The notes below the pieces were generated by a model that saw nothing but the letters and a program-made list of their open reading frames with translations, made no database searches and was not told where the DNA came from. A stretch of DNA of 63,794 nt, the filler included, from Choristocarpus tenellus KU-1152 (taxonomy: Eukaryota > Protista > Phaeophyceae): assembly GCA_964200185.2 (NCBI GenBank). It is 8 parts of 8 records of this genome, joined end to end, with 100 filler letters (N's around TTAATTAATTAA, not from the genome) between each part and the next. Parts side by side here need not be neighbours in the genome. Positions count along the whole stretch, not along the records: positions 22,838 to 43,632 come from CAXNAD020000376.1; positions 43,733 to 47,458 come from CAXNAD020018280.1; positions 47,559 to 53,126 come from CAXNAD020010395.1; 5 more parts are not named here. One strand, written 5' to 3'. A program made the translations under genes and the position numbers. This document shows, one piece after another, positions 37,769 to 51,420 of the stretch (position 1 is the stretch's first letter; each line of letters starts with the position of its first letter).

Positions 37769-39942
37769 AATGAGGTCAGCCTTTGCATCCTGCCATGGGC
37801 ACACTCCAAAGTGTGGGCTCCATACTTCTTTCGCCCTCTCACAGTATGCCTTTGGCTTGATAAGACCATGGATGAAGATGTCTGTAATTGTTGATGGATG
37901 GGTCTGGACTTAGGTCACGAATGCAGGCTCTCCTTGACTACAGATAGTTGTGTACATGTGGGAGTGGCTACTGCTAGTGCAATTTTCCATCTCTTCATTC
38001 ATACTAAACTCCAACCCTATGAATTTATTGCCTTGTTTTGTGTGTATAGATGTGTGTAAATGTTATCTGCTGGTCTACCAAGCACAACCATGCATTACCT
38101 CTTATCTTTCTTCGTGACCTCCTCTGTGGTTTTATGAGGAGACGTGATTGACAGTAAATAGCGCTGTGGAGAGCAATCATTCTGCACTTGACTTTGATTT
38201 TAAAAAGAAAATTGATAGTGAGATAGTACTTCAGAGTACAGCTTTTTTATTTTCCCCCTTTTTCAGAGTGTGTTGCACAGTACTCGTTTTGTGTGTTCAG
38301 AGTGTGTGCGGCAAAACAAACCTTTGACCTCCAGCTATCTAAAGTCTCCAGTGACCAACCCCAAGAAAAGCTTCTGATTTGATTATTTATTTTTGCAAGG
38401 AACACACAGTGAGAGTGAAAAAGAACAAAGAGAGTGGGTTCTAGTACTTGTATCCACCTTGCTGCATTACTTCGCATTACTTCCTTTTTAATATGTAGGG
38501 ATTTCAGGGTTGATGAGAAAGTTTAGCCTCATGGTCCTGATTTCTCAAGACATAAAAGAGTACAATAGAGTTGAGCACTGCACTACCATTGCACCGACTG
38601 GCCTTCCTTACATTTTTATTTTTTGTTTGCAGGCTACTGTTACATCAACATCAACATTAACATTGTCCACAGTGTATTGGATATGTTAGTAATGTTGCTA
38701 TTACAGCAATTTAAAAAATAGAAGATTCGGAGGAGTCAACCATTCAAGTGTTGGCTCCTTCTGTTGGCAAGACAAACAGTGCTACGGTATGGGTGTACTT
38801 CAGATATGGCCTTTGAGAGATGGGCGGAGCACATGGTCATGATACCCTACCTGTAGTGTGTGCTAGCAGAAAGTGGAAAGGAAATGAAGGCATGTTGTGC
38901 ACTTTCTTGCAGCAGACTGGATGTTAACAACGAGGCGGACATTTTGAGAGTGATGTGAAACATCGAGCATTCACAAGGGAAACGAGTTTATCCTCTCTCA
39001 CTGGCGGGAGGTGAGAAGGGTATTTTTCAGTGGCCATATGATAGGAATTGGCCAGGAGGAGCTGTCCATGGAAGGTTGTCAAAAGGTTAACTATATCGCA
39101 GTGCGAAACATCTATATTTCTGTACTTGCAAAATAAATCAACCTCGTATCTTTTTTTCTTTACTGTTGTATTTTGAATGTATTTTGAAGTTGAAATAAAT
39201 GTTTGGCTGTATCCGTGTATGTATGCCAGTGCTTTACCAACGATGGTTGGGGGGTACTAAAGATGAAAAAAGTATACCAAAACCCCTCCGATAATATTCT
39301 AATACAAAGGGAAGTGCCCCAAGGTCACACTCTATCTGTGTACATGAAGGGAATTCATTTTCAGGCATAGCGCCATTCCAATATCCAGGTTTGTTACAAG
39401 ACTTCCCCTACCGAGGATCGTGTGTAACGACATATTCTATTTAAGTTTGAGGTGGATGGGGGAGGGGTGTTAGGGGGGGGAACCATATTAGCATATACTA
39501 AGCGATTGGCTGTGTGTGTTGCAGGTGGTTGGAAATGGTACCCGGGAGACGAAAGCAGGCTGTGCATTCTGTCTGTTTGAGACCAACACCAGCACAGCTC
39601 TTGCTACTGTTGTCTAAGCGTATCACATCAAAATGTTGGCTATACAAGTGACACTGACCTACCTAGTCCATAGTTACATTCCCGGCGTATCTGACCTGAC
39701 AACAGTCTTCCTATGTTTTTAGAACCGTGACAGAGAAGATGTCGGAGCGTATGCTCTGCTCCTTCTTGTGCATGTGTAAAGGGGGCTCCAAAGAATTTTG
39801 TAAGAGTAGCAGCAACCATATCTTACCTCTGTTAGACAATCTCCTCCCTCAACAGAGGCTGCCTGCCCTGGTAAGGGTGTCCCTCTGACTCCACCTCATC
39901 TCTTTCTACAATGGTTTTGGCAGGGCTGTTGGCATGATCTCG

Positions 39943-42900
39943 TCAGAGGTCACAATAGGTCGAAACAGACTGGGTGTCGTTGTCACCTAGCCCATCCAGA
40001 CTCTCCAAGAAGCTGAGGAGTTCTTCATCCAGAATTCGTACAGCCCCATGATCCTCTGTATCTGTAAAAATGCCATCATCTGAATTGCTGTTGACTGGAT
40101 GAATCAGGCGCCCATTGACAACATAGTCAAGGTGGCCATTGTGATGGACGACCTGTGAACAGCCAGCAATGATGCAACGTAGTTCATCGTGGTTGGGAAT
40201 GATTAAGGAGTAAATAGATGCCAATGTCTGCTTCCAAGCAGGTTCAATTTGAACAAATCACACAATTGAACCCTGTTGTCACGGTCTTCCAAGCGTTACA
40301 ATGATTTTATTGAACAACGCAAAAACCCACTATATATACATTTGTTCATTCCCACACAAAACGGATCCTTCCTTGGTAAGTGAAAGTCCACATTCAAGGT
40401 GGGTGACACAATTGGGTTCCCTTGCCCATAGATCCCAACTCCTTCATCAACAAATATACTCCTTTGCTTATAATGCCTCTCTTGGTGACCACACTTCATA
40501 CCCGAACTCACTTCATACAGCACAACAAATGGCTAAGAGTGATGGTAACGGTATCACACAGTCCCCTCCACAAACCCCGAAAATGCTCACACGATGTCCA
40601 CACTGTGGACCATGGATGCTGCCAGGGCAGCTGTCTTCCTCAGACATTCTCATGGCGCCATCCCAATGAAGAAGTCGATCTTGTGCCAGGGACCCTATGC
40701 CCCCCCCTCCTTCACCATGCTCACTACACCCACAGATGGACATGTTCTGGTCCCCTTTCTTGCTACTTATCCAAGCCCTGTCAGACAGCTGAAATATGCA
40801 CAACACAGGTAGGAAAGGCAGTCAACAGGGGGCGGGGCGACTATGTCTCTTGTTCCACATGCTTCAGTGATTTACAGGGGGTAAAGAGTCATTAGTTATA
40901 AGGCAAATTTAGATCCCTGCAAAACAGAACCATGAAGAAAAATGTAGTTATTTATTTCCCGTATGACATGTATGGACAGCATCATTTCGTGGATTCTCAT
41001 CAGTCACACACACAAAAAAATGGGAATCCTCCCCAAGTCCTCCACATACCCTTCCACCCCGGATCCAGTATAGAGCAACAACAACACCCTACTCTCAGCA
41101 CTTACCCCCTCGCCATTGAAGCACTCCAGCAAACCCCCTTCTATGAGGAAATCCACGTGATCATTGTGGAGAACAGCAGTGTGACCACAATTTGAGCCAT
41201 GGATGTGCACGTCAGGCTCACTAGGAACATCCTCTCCATCATTCACAGCAAGGGGCCCAGATTGTCCCTGAACAACATCTGTCATTACTGACAATGATTC
41301 ATGCATGTCACAAAGCATACGCTTGCCTTGACCCTTAGTCAGAGCTGGGACAGTGGCAGGGCTTCCCAGTTCTGTCGTTGTTGCGACCTTTGCCACTGGT
41401 GCAGTATCTGATGCCACTGCTGCGTCCTTTCCCCCTCCAACCTGCTGCACACCTGTCCCCGCTCTATGCCATGCTGAACCCTCCAGAGCAGGTGCAGGGG
41501 AGAGGGCATTCACCACCCCGTGAGAAACCGGGGGTGTTTGCACAGCACTCACCACTGATATGTCAGACTGAGGGTTCTCCTTACTGACATCTACGTATAG
41601 CATCTGTTGCATCTGCTGTTGTGGAGACGGCTTCAACTTCTTAAGACTCTGCCCTTGAAAGTGATTTTCACCCTGATGATTCTTCGAGAAAACCTTGACA
41701 AACGGATTGGCAGGTCCATGGGCACAGTCACATCCCCCTGAAGTTGAGGTCATATTGGTGCTGCTCTGCTTCTTGGTACCAACCGTATTTGCAGGCCATA
41801 AAAAACCTGGGTGTCTTGTAAGCGTGTGCTTCTTGAGGTCATGGCGTCGAGTAAAGCGCTTCCCACAACTGGGGAACTCACACCGAAACAACCTGTTGTC
41901 CTTATGAGTGCGCTCGTGGCTACGAAGATCTGAGATGCGGGCAAACCTGCGATTGCAGCCCTTGTCACTGCACTGGTAGGGCTTCTCTCCTGGACGAAAG
42001 AGAGTAGGGTCCATGGATACATTCAGTGAGTGGCAACGAAAGTGTAAGGAAGCACCAAAGCCACGAAAAGGACAGAAGGAAAGGAACCACACATTCCGCG
42101 GATACTTTCTAGGATACATCTTTGAGCATCTATCATCAAACACAACTCGCTCCATAGAATCACTGTAGAGCTGTTGTAGTTTAACTGCAGTAGCACTCTG
42201 GGGGTGAATCACAACTCTTCCACGGAGTTCTCCTGGCAACAAACGTCATTCACACACCTTGTGTGCAAATGTGACATTTGGAGGAATGATTGTAGAAACG
42301 ACGGAACAGATCCTATCACTTCCAAGGGGTCGGAAGATGTGAATTCATGGACATACAAATGAGATTAAATCTTATTCTGTACATCAGTATTTAGTGGTTG
42401 CCGAAAATTATTGCTATTTAACAATTGTCAGTCATGGAAATAGAATTCTGGGATACGTTCTCATGCGATTCCAGCCTCTTCCCCAAAATGCACTGATGAG
42501 AGGATGCACAGTGATTGGCTTGACCCTTGCTAAAACCTCCCTCACCGGTGTGAATTCGCATGTGAGTCACTACATCCTCCTTCCGCCGGAATCCTTTCCC
42601 GCACACTTGGCAAGTGTGAGACTTTTCTCCTTCGTTGTGAGTTGCCTCATGTCTAAAGCATATGACCACAGGTGACAAAGTGGTGGGGGGGGGTAGATTA
42701 GATATAGTTAGGGACGTGGCGCCGCCTGAAATGAGTCCCTCTTTGCACTAAGAAATTAGATCAATCTCCCCCGTGGAAAGTTCAGCCTAGGGCACGACCG
42801 GAACGTAAATAGCAGCTTTTGTTCCTATTGGAGGATGGGGATGTGCTCACCAGAATAGCCAACTTTCTGACAGTACAAGTATAAGAGGACGATAGAACTC

Positions 42901-43216
42901 AGACGTGGAAGGGCTCCAATGTTGCGAACGAAATTTTGTTGGGCACGTCTAGTCATAGTAACTGGAACTCAACAGACAGAGGGAAATAAAGTAAGAGATG
43001 AGCACAACACCATGGGTTGATGGGGGCCGATGGAAGAGGTAAAGTGCTGTAAGAATGGTTCTCCTGGTGTAAGAAGACATAGGCGCACTGGGAGAATGAG
43101 ATAAGTTGGGAAATACGATATGTATCACCACCAGGGATGGTTGCCACTTGCCTATTCAGGTTTCCCTTAGTCGTGAACGTCTTCCCACAATGTCCACATT
43201 CAAATTGGGCTGCCAT
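39943..43216 (-). CDS. C2H2 zinc-finger protein (4 fingers) with two C-terminal His-rich HGxxCGH repeats, complete; exons 43216-43152, 42652-42546, 41989-41106, 40788-40591, 40152-39943
   Basis: Fingers [29 protein letters not shown] linker, [27 protein letters not shown]; phases consistent; intron 1 is GC-AG. Confidence 0.9.
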
Positions 43217-44641
43217 CGTCGTCTCCACTTCGGCAAGTCGCTGAGGTGACAACAACAGTCCAACTATCAGGATCGGCAATATCAACCTTAAAAGATAGCT
43301 GGAGAGGATCCTAAGTCGCCTGTTACTTTACTGCCTCGTCGTACTCCACTCCACTAACTACTCTACATCCTAGTTGTAAATGGTACAAACTGTTCATAGA
43401 GCCAGTGAAAATATGACGTGTGCATCTTCTATTTGAAACCAGTTTTGTTTTTTACAGTGTATGTCAGGGACTGGTTCCTTATTGGGATCTCCGACACACA
43501 CCTTATGTATAAGACGCGCGGTCATATACAATTGCGCGCGCCAAACATGTCATCCATACCGAGTAACAGGCCTTTCCATGAGATCCGGATTTGACCAAAC
43601 ATCCAGAATGAATCCTCAGAACGAAGAACCATNNNNNNNNNNNNNNNNNNNNNNNNNNNNNNNNNNNNNNNNNNNNTTAATTAATTAANNNNNNNNNNNN
43701 NNNNNNNNNNNNNNNNNNNNNNNNNNNNNNNNCCATTACTCCATAAATAATTTACCGTAACTGTCCGATAGAGTTGGAAGAGTCTAATCGAACAACATAC
43801 ACTGCTTGAGACAGGCAACAAGGACTACATGTAGACAAGGAAACCTTTGTGAAAGAATGAAGAAAAAGGCGAATAGAAAAAACCTACAGGTGAAAAGCAC
43901 TATGAATAGCAACACCCAAAGATAACTTAAGAGGAAGTGAGGGGGGGAAAGAGGTAGTGGACAAGGAATGGGTATAGGATGATTCTAGTCAAAATGTTGC
44001 AGTAGAGGGCTCCATTATCCAACCTGTTTTCCACCATACCTGTTTGGATAAAAATGGCACAGGTACATCCATTCTTTGTCTACTTCCCCAAAAAAGAGCA
44101 ATGGACAGAAGAAAATCAATTAATGCCATACACATGAGAAATGCATCACTTGATCACCCCACCTATATCTATGGCCTGACAGCAGTATATTTTCAGATAA
44201 GTGAAGGGACTCATTGGAAGCGTAGAGGAGTTTTTGTTTGTATTCGTTTCAATCACTCACATTTGCGTCCTGGTCACATCTAGTTATAATTTTCTATTTC
44301 AGCAACATTCAGCAGACAGGGATGGTGGTTGTGTTGGTGACTTGGGCAACCTTTCTTGCTTTTTTTGCATGGCGTACATTAGCTATTAAAGCTTCCTTGG
44401 AATGCGACTTTGCCATGAAGGTCGTTGTACCACCAACCACGCATTAGTACTACATCTGTTACTTAAGGCATATCCACCCGTTCTTCCCCTGTCCACCTTG
44501 CTTTCGTTTTCCAGATGCAATTTCCCCAACCAAAAATCAGCAGCTTCGGTAGTCGTTCATCCCCCATATGTGCAACTGACCGGGCAAATATCATTCTCCA
44601 CTCTTTCGCACGGTGACCTCGATTCTCTCACACCCAGTCTT

Positions 44642-44774
44642 GGCTCAAAGTATCTGGGGGGGAGGGGTGCAATTTTTTCATGTCGCGATTTTTGGGTGAT
44701 TTGGTTGCATACATCGGATGGATATTGTAAGTGCACTTTTCCTGGATATGTCCCAATTGGACACCCTGGTGTAG

Positions 44775-44808
<34 letters not shown>

Positions 44809-44948
44809 TCTCTGTCGCTCACTCTTTTCTCTTTATTTCTAACACCAACNNNNNNNNNNGTTTTTTTTGTTGTTCTTTTCCCTGTGTTGTCCCACTTGGC
44901 CCCCCCGGTGTTGCCCCCCCCCCCCCCCCCCCTCAGATACTTTGGGTC
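44642..44948 (+). mobile_element. MITE family B copy with both termini (internal gap)
   Basis: GGCTCAAAGTATCTG...CAGATACTTTGGGTC flanked by TCTT on both sides (44638-44641, 44949-44952). Confidence 0.88.
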
Positions 44949-45530
44949 TCTTCAAGAGTATCTTTCTTTGTAGAACACAGGACATGATCAGTGTTTCCCC
45001 ATTTGCGAAATCCGATCGAAGATAGAAGGCATTGGTGGTAATGAGAGCGAAGGTTCAGACAATGTACCTGGTGGGGTGTCCATGTCATACAACAAGACAA
45101 CAGAATTTCAAGCACCTAAACAATGAGCATTCGAACTTTAGCTCAAGTGATACGCCTGAGGATCCTGCCATATCATACTTCAACGCGTAAGGATGGGAAT
45201 ACGCAACAGGATGGACCAACCGCGCACTTGTGAGGACATAGTTTCATTGCATATCCGAACTAATTGTTCCCGAATGGAACCTTGTTGAAGAAAAGGTATA
45301 CTTGAGGTGTATACATATTGAGAACTATTTTTCTTTTGATCCTATCGCAAAACCGTCTCGAAACCGTGACAACGCATCTACTCGTACAAATCGAGTGTCA
45401 ATATAGTGGACTTTGGCATCAAGACAGCCAACTAAGGCCACAAAAGTCTTGTTTCGCTCCTAGCCGGCGCTACTTCACCGTTTTGGCTGCCAGATCCTAG
45501 CACATTTTGCTAGTCGTCAAGATCTGCACC

Positions 45531-47103
45531 ATGTCGACTCTTGAACTGACAGTGCGCACAAATTATAGACATACTCTCCCAGTCCCAGCTGGATTTATCA
45601 AGGATCGTGGAGATGAGGGCGTTGCCACAAGTATGAAGATGAAGTCACGACCGGACACTCCACCGAAAGTTCGAATGTGGCGACAGTCAGGGAAGTTCGG
45701 TCCAGGGCATAGGGAACTCCAGTCGGTCTTGTCGACAATGACTTTCGGTAGAGGGGGGATTAAAGCAAGCGATCACGTTGGCGACGTTTGGTGCCAGGTA
45801 ATGGAACATGCATGGTCAATTCGCAACTTCTCGTTTCCCTCCCACATCGTGACATTAAATTTAAATCATGTTAGAATCTTCTCACTGCTTTATCGGCGGC
45901 TTTCGACTCTGTTGTTGACAAGACGGAGTCCTCATTCCTCTCTCCTATTCGATTAGCCTGGAGCCGACACGGACATGAACCGTTTGAAACTTGGGATGGC
46001 AGAGACGGTATATCGCAGCTCGAAGCGGGAACCACTGGGCAGGAGTTACCTACGAGGGCACCAGCTCCCCGAGAAGGTATGAGCAATTTCCAGCTGAGTC
46101 CAGCACCCACCGATCTCCGGTCCTGCAGGAGGAGCAATGACGTAGCAGCAATTCTGCGCTTCTAAACCAGGTCATGGACAGTGAATTCGCCTTTGGGGAG
46201 CCATCCAACAAGAGTCAAGGTGCCAAGACATTAATTTATCCGAGACCAACTGAAGAGCAGATGAAGGTGAAAGGGGCAAGGGTGTATATGGTAGATGACA
46301 ATACTGAGGGGTACACTGGAGATGACCTGGTGGAGGGCGAAAAAAGCAATAGGATGAAGATACTGTCCGAGTTTACAAGTTTTTGATCACCAGAGATCAG
46401 GTGGTCTATCGCTCTTTAACACAATTTGAGGCAGAGCCATGGTAATAAATTTTATCGATAGCTATATACCACTCGCTACCTCTTTGAAGTCCTCTTGGTC
46501 TGTGGATACCAGATATCTCTCAAGGCGCATCCAGATGATGTGATAGCAAACTTGAGTGAGAGCTTTAGAGTAGAGAAGAAACTGACAGCAAAATAACGCG
46601 AGCCAACTTTGCTGAAGTCCTTAAGTCTCCCTATACACTTTGCTGTTGATCATCAGGCTTTAGTGGTACAAAATACCAACCAAAAGGGGGTCTTGATTTC
46701 TTCCCCTACCAAAGCAACAAAGTCAAATGAAAGACCAGCCCTGCTTTCCGTCATTCAATAAAACTCTAAAAACATTTGAGTTTCAAACTGATTGGCCCTA
46801 ATCCCAACTGCACAGGGTCTTGACCTTTACCGACGTAGCCATAGTAGCTACCCTCCTGGGGAGCAACGGCGGAGGGAGTACAAGTGGGATATTGATATTA
46901 GAAGTCATAAGTTCGGGCAGCCACCAGATGGCATTGCTCTCAACGGGGCCAGCCCCAACATTGCTGCTGCACTACGGATGGATGGTGGCAATGTACCTGC
47001 TCCCAGACTGACTTCGAAAAGGACAGAGGATTTCAAGAAAACGCACGACTCCATTGGCCGAGCCAGGAATCTTGGCTATGCCTCTCGGGACCACATGGGA
47101 AAG
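45531..47103 (+). CDS. EFHB: EF-hand domain family member B / CFAP21-like ciliary protein, 5' part; exons 45531-45797, 45957-46076, 46171-46266, 46816-47103
   Basis: RPDTP, ETVYRSSKREPLGRSYLRGHQLP, FAFG and LYRRSHSSYPPGEQRRREYKW recall EFHB; four phase-0 GT-AG junctions; cut by a linker. Confidence 0.8.
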
Positions 47104-47275
47104 GTATCAGTGATAAGAAAAGTCCATGTGATGGTGGCACATAGAGTCCCTAACTTGCTCAGCCAAACCTTTCAAGAATACCTTCAGTAGTGAGCTATCT
47201 CATACCATATAATATGTGGTTAAGGAGGAATTATTGGAAAGGAGAATCCAACTGGCAAGTGTCCAACTGGGTATA

Positions 47276-47458
47276 GGCTCAAAGTATCTGGGGTGGGTGG
47301 GTGGCAGCTGTCCATTCAGGGCCCATTTTTCCATGTCACGATTTTTGGGTGAATTTGGCTGCATGCGCCAGATGGATAATGTAAGTACACTTCTCCTGGT
47401 CAGGACCCGAATGGACACCCTGGTGTAGAGCCCCCCCCCCCCCCCACCCCCCCCCCCC
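47276..47458 (+). mobile_element. MITE family B copy, truncated at contig edge
   Basis: Same terminus and body as other B copies; ends in poly-C at the linker. Confidence 0.9.
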
Positions 47459-50400
47459 NNNNNNNNNNNNNNNNNNNNNNNNNNNNNNNNNNNNNNNNNN
47501 NNTTAATTAATTAANNNNNNNNNNNNNNNNNNNNNNNNNNNNNNNNNNNNNNNNNNNNTGTACACCTCCTGCATTACACGTACCTGCTGCCCTTTCTTGA
47601 CTATATTCTCATAGCCCCCTCCCTCCCCCCCCAGATTCTTTGGGCCAAAAGTAGAATCAGCCACGTATAATCTGAGGAAAAATGGTTCTGTATGCACATA
47701 TTTTGGAACATGTAATGATCCCTCGCACGCTATAGAAAGTGGCCTAAAGTCACCCTTTTGTTTCATGTGTAGTCTTCTCCAAATACCCAGACTTCTAAGA
47801 GACCCTTTCCCTTATCTTTCAACAAGCCCGGTCAAACATGCCAGCATTCATCAGGTCTTTGTATCCTTCCTAAATGAACAAGGCTCTTCTCAGAGCATTA
47901 TCAATTGTCCTTCCTCAAGGATCAAGCCTCTTTCCAGAGCATCATCATTTATCCTTCAAGGGACGGAACTCTCCTCAGAGTACCCTTCATTCGTCCATTC
48001 TTAAGGAAACAAGATTCTTCACAGGAGCATCACCATTCGTCTTTCCCCAAGGAACAACCCACCTATCAGCTTCAACATACTATGAGAGGGTCCAGTGCAG
48101 AATCCATCAAGAGATCCCTGAGTCACAATCATACAGGTTTCATTAATTTGAGTATGTGGATCGTATGCAAGAAATTCTGTCTTTTGAATCTTGGGATAGT
48201 TGTTATTGGCAATCAATTATTTCCTAGGCAATGAATAGCAAAAAAGCCTCAAACTATGCAACGAATTGGAATGCTCAGCAACCTTGTACGAATGTTCGAT
48301 TGGAGCAAATCAATTGGTCTTAGACTGCCACCATCAAATGCGGTACATGTCAGAGATAACCTTTGTTCTAAATTGTACTTAGGGTAGTTTAGAGAAGTAG
48401 GGCACAACAAAACATGTGCATACTTGGCAGAAAAAAAATCGTAGGTAAACTATTAGAATGGTTGATAAAAAGAACACATTCACCATCCCATGAGAAATAT
48501 GGAAGAAAGTCACATACGACAATAAGGACGATAAACAAGATTCAATTCTTCCTCACAAGAGAAGCACATAATAGATATTTCATGAGCCAACCCAATAGTT
48601 CAAAACCTACCAGCTAATTCCAAAAATCTTGGAGGCATTGGCCAACCTAGCAAGCTCAAAAATGATAAAAGCTAAAGTATGTGACTCTCCCCTTCCTTGC
48701 CTATAAAAAAAAAAGTTCCAGATCACATGAATCGCAGACAAAAAACAAAGCAAGCTATTGGCAACGACAAGAAGATGATTATCATAATAAAACACAAACA
48801 CAAACCTACCGCATGCACTATGCATAAAAAACATTCATTAGAACTGCAGTCTCCCTCAACTGCTGGGGCAACTTAGGAAATCCCTCATAGGCACAACCTG
48901 GCACCGAGACATGCCTATTACTACAGGCAGACGGTTATTCTTGATGAAAGGGAAACCGCTCACCATGTGTACAGTGTAGAGGGTACCCACCATTGTAGAT
49001 TCTCCTGAGTGCAGCACACCCCAATGACACAAAGTAAGTAAAGCTCATTCTGTGACTGATTGATGGCCAGTCACGCAGCATGTGCTGTACAAGAAGTCTT
49101 CGGATCAAAAATCACAATTTAGGGTTGTCGTATCCTCACACTGTTGGTCGAGTATAGTTCTCACATGCCACATGAAAAACGGTGGCTGCAGAAGGTTCAT
49201 CCCCTCCACCACCTTCTCTGTTGCCATACGTAGTGTATATTTTAACGTCCTGCTGTATGTGCTTTTCGTACAGCACATTTCAAATCATTGTGAAGCAATG
49301 ATTTTACTCACACTGCAGATGTGGATCTCTAAGAATAACTGTATCGACATGAGAGGCGCTTTCCTATGTGACCTAGCTTCCGGAGGCCTCTTGGTTTGAC
49401 AACTGTTAAGATAAGGAAAGGGGTAGAAGAAGGAGTAGTGAGGAGCCCACATCATTTAGCTTGTTAGGAATGTAATTTTTATGCGGAAATGCGTGACCTA
49501 GAACAGGTATCATATTGGCAAAAGAGGTTCCGTACCCTCACCACAAATATCCTGTTCATTGCGCTGAACTTCATTTTCCACCCAATATGTCTGGGCATAA
49601 CTTCAAGCAACCCTTGATTCTTAGATAACATCATATATATATATATATATATGTTCCCTCAACACACATGGGGCAGGAAAAGTGAATTGATGCGCACCAA
49701 GCCAAATTCTAAACTAATCAATATTGTGCATTAGCAAAGTCTTGTATTCTGCATGAAACCCCCCTTCCAACCTCCCCAACCTCTCCCTGATCCAGACAGA
49801 AACATGACGCACACCTTGATGCAAAAGAAATGTTCTTAGTGAATATTTGATATCTCCAATGTTCCTGCCTACTGATATTGATAGTATTTTGTGGTATGTT
49901 GTTGACACATTGGTTGCAACCACATTGATAAAAAAAAATCTATTCACAAGTACACAGGAGGACTTAATTTAATATATATGTATTTGGTATCTGTTCAAAA
50001 TATAGGTAATATATTTATTAGGCAATAGCACTCTGTCAGAAAACGGATCTATGTACTCAGCTTTGATTTATTATTGTCCTTTTGAATACATGATACTCAA
50101 TAGCTACCCTACATACTACAACATTGCATTCAATCTAGTTAGGTTACATGATGATTGGAGGTACTGTATTATATCCTGAAGTTGTACATAGTGAGCATTT
50201 CATACTGCACTACATCACATATTGATTGGTGGTACCATAACAACAGAATGCCAGTGTGAGTGCTGAATACTGTCCTAAGTGTTCTTGACGATAGTTTGTG
50301 TTATATGTGGTGTTAGAAGTACTTTGGAGTACTATACGAATACAGTAGTGTATATAGAAGTAGTGTACATGCACATATATTGTACATGATATACTTTGAT

Positions 50401-50821
50401 CTCTTCTGTTAACACACACACTGTTGAAACTTGCTCTAACTTGAAGTCTATTTGATAAAAATGTTGTGGAAAAGTTCACGTTGATGTTGAAATATCACTG
50501 TGTTCAGGTGATGGAACCACGTTCTTACCTCCTTGGGGGGTAAACTGCTAGAATACTGACTCTTAGCTTATATAATGAATAATGACAGGTGGTGCACAGG
50601 CTCGATGGTAGTTCGGGGGTTTGTATCCGAGGAGAGGGGTTATCTTTCAACTAAGTTGGTAACTTGGGAAAAGACCCTTCTCCGATATCTACATCTTTCG
50701 ATCAGTAAAAAACAAAAGCCACCTTCGCACCGTCGACAAGTAACACTGGAGTGCGCTGGGAGGAGAAGAGAACACGACTCGATAAGTTTGATGAATGGGC
50801 ACCATTGCGTGAGCAATTGAC

Positions 50822-51420
50822 CGATACGGAGGTCCATGGGGCGTATGATTTTTTGGTTCTTGCATCAGGTTCACACAAACACACCAACCACAATCATATG
50901 GACACATGTTTGGCCATCCCTCTCACCTCATCAGACGTCCGCAAAATTGTGGACAGGTAGGAGTCCTGTATGGCGTGTGTCAGCTCTGTGCACCCCATCA
51001 ATATCGTAGGAACAAGCTGCAGGCCTGAGATCACGATGTGATTCGGTTTGACGTTGGCCATGATATCTCTGGATATCTGTTGCGTTTTGGCACACACATC
51101 ACGTCTCCATTACATATCGATACGGAGGTCCATGGGGCGTATGCTTATTTGGTTCTTGTATCAGGTTCACACCAATGCACCAACTCACCAACCACGACCA
51201 CATGGACACATATTTGATCAACCCCCTCACCACATCAGACTACTGCAAGATTGTGGGTAGGCAGGAGAAATGTCTGGCGTAGACAGCTCTTCTGTGCGCC
51301 CTATTAATACCGTAGGAACAAGCTGTGCAGACCTGACAGCACGATGTGCTTCAGTGGGATATTGGCTATGATATCTCTATATATCTGTTGTGTTTTGGCA
51401 CACACATCACGTCTCCATTG
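50822..51420. repeat. Diverged tandem duplication, two units of ~300 bp
   Basis: CGATACGGAGGTCCATGGGGCGTATG at 50822 and 51118; TTTTGGCACACACATCACGTCTCCATT ends both units. Confidence 0.9.
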
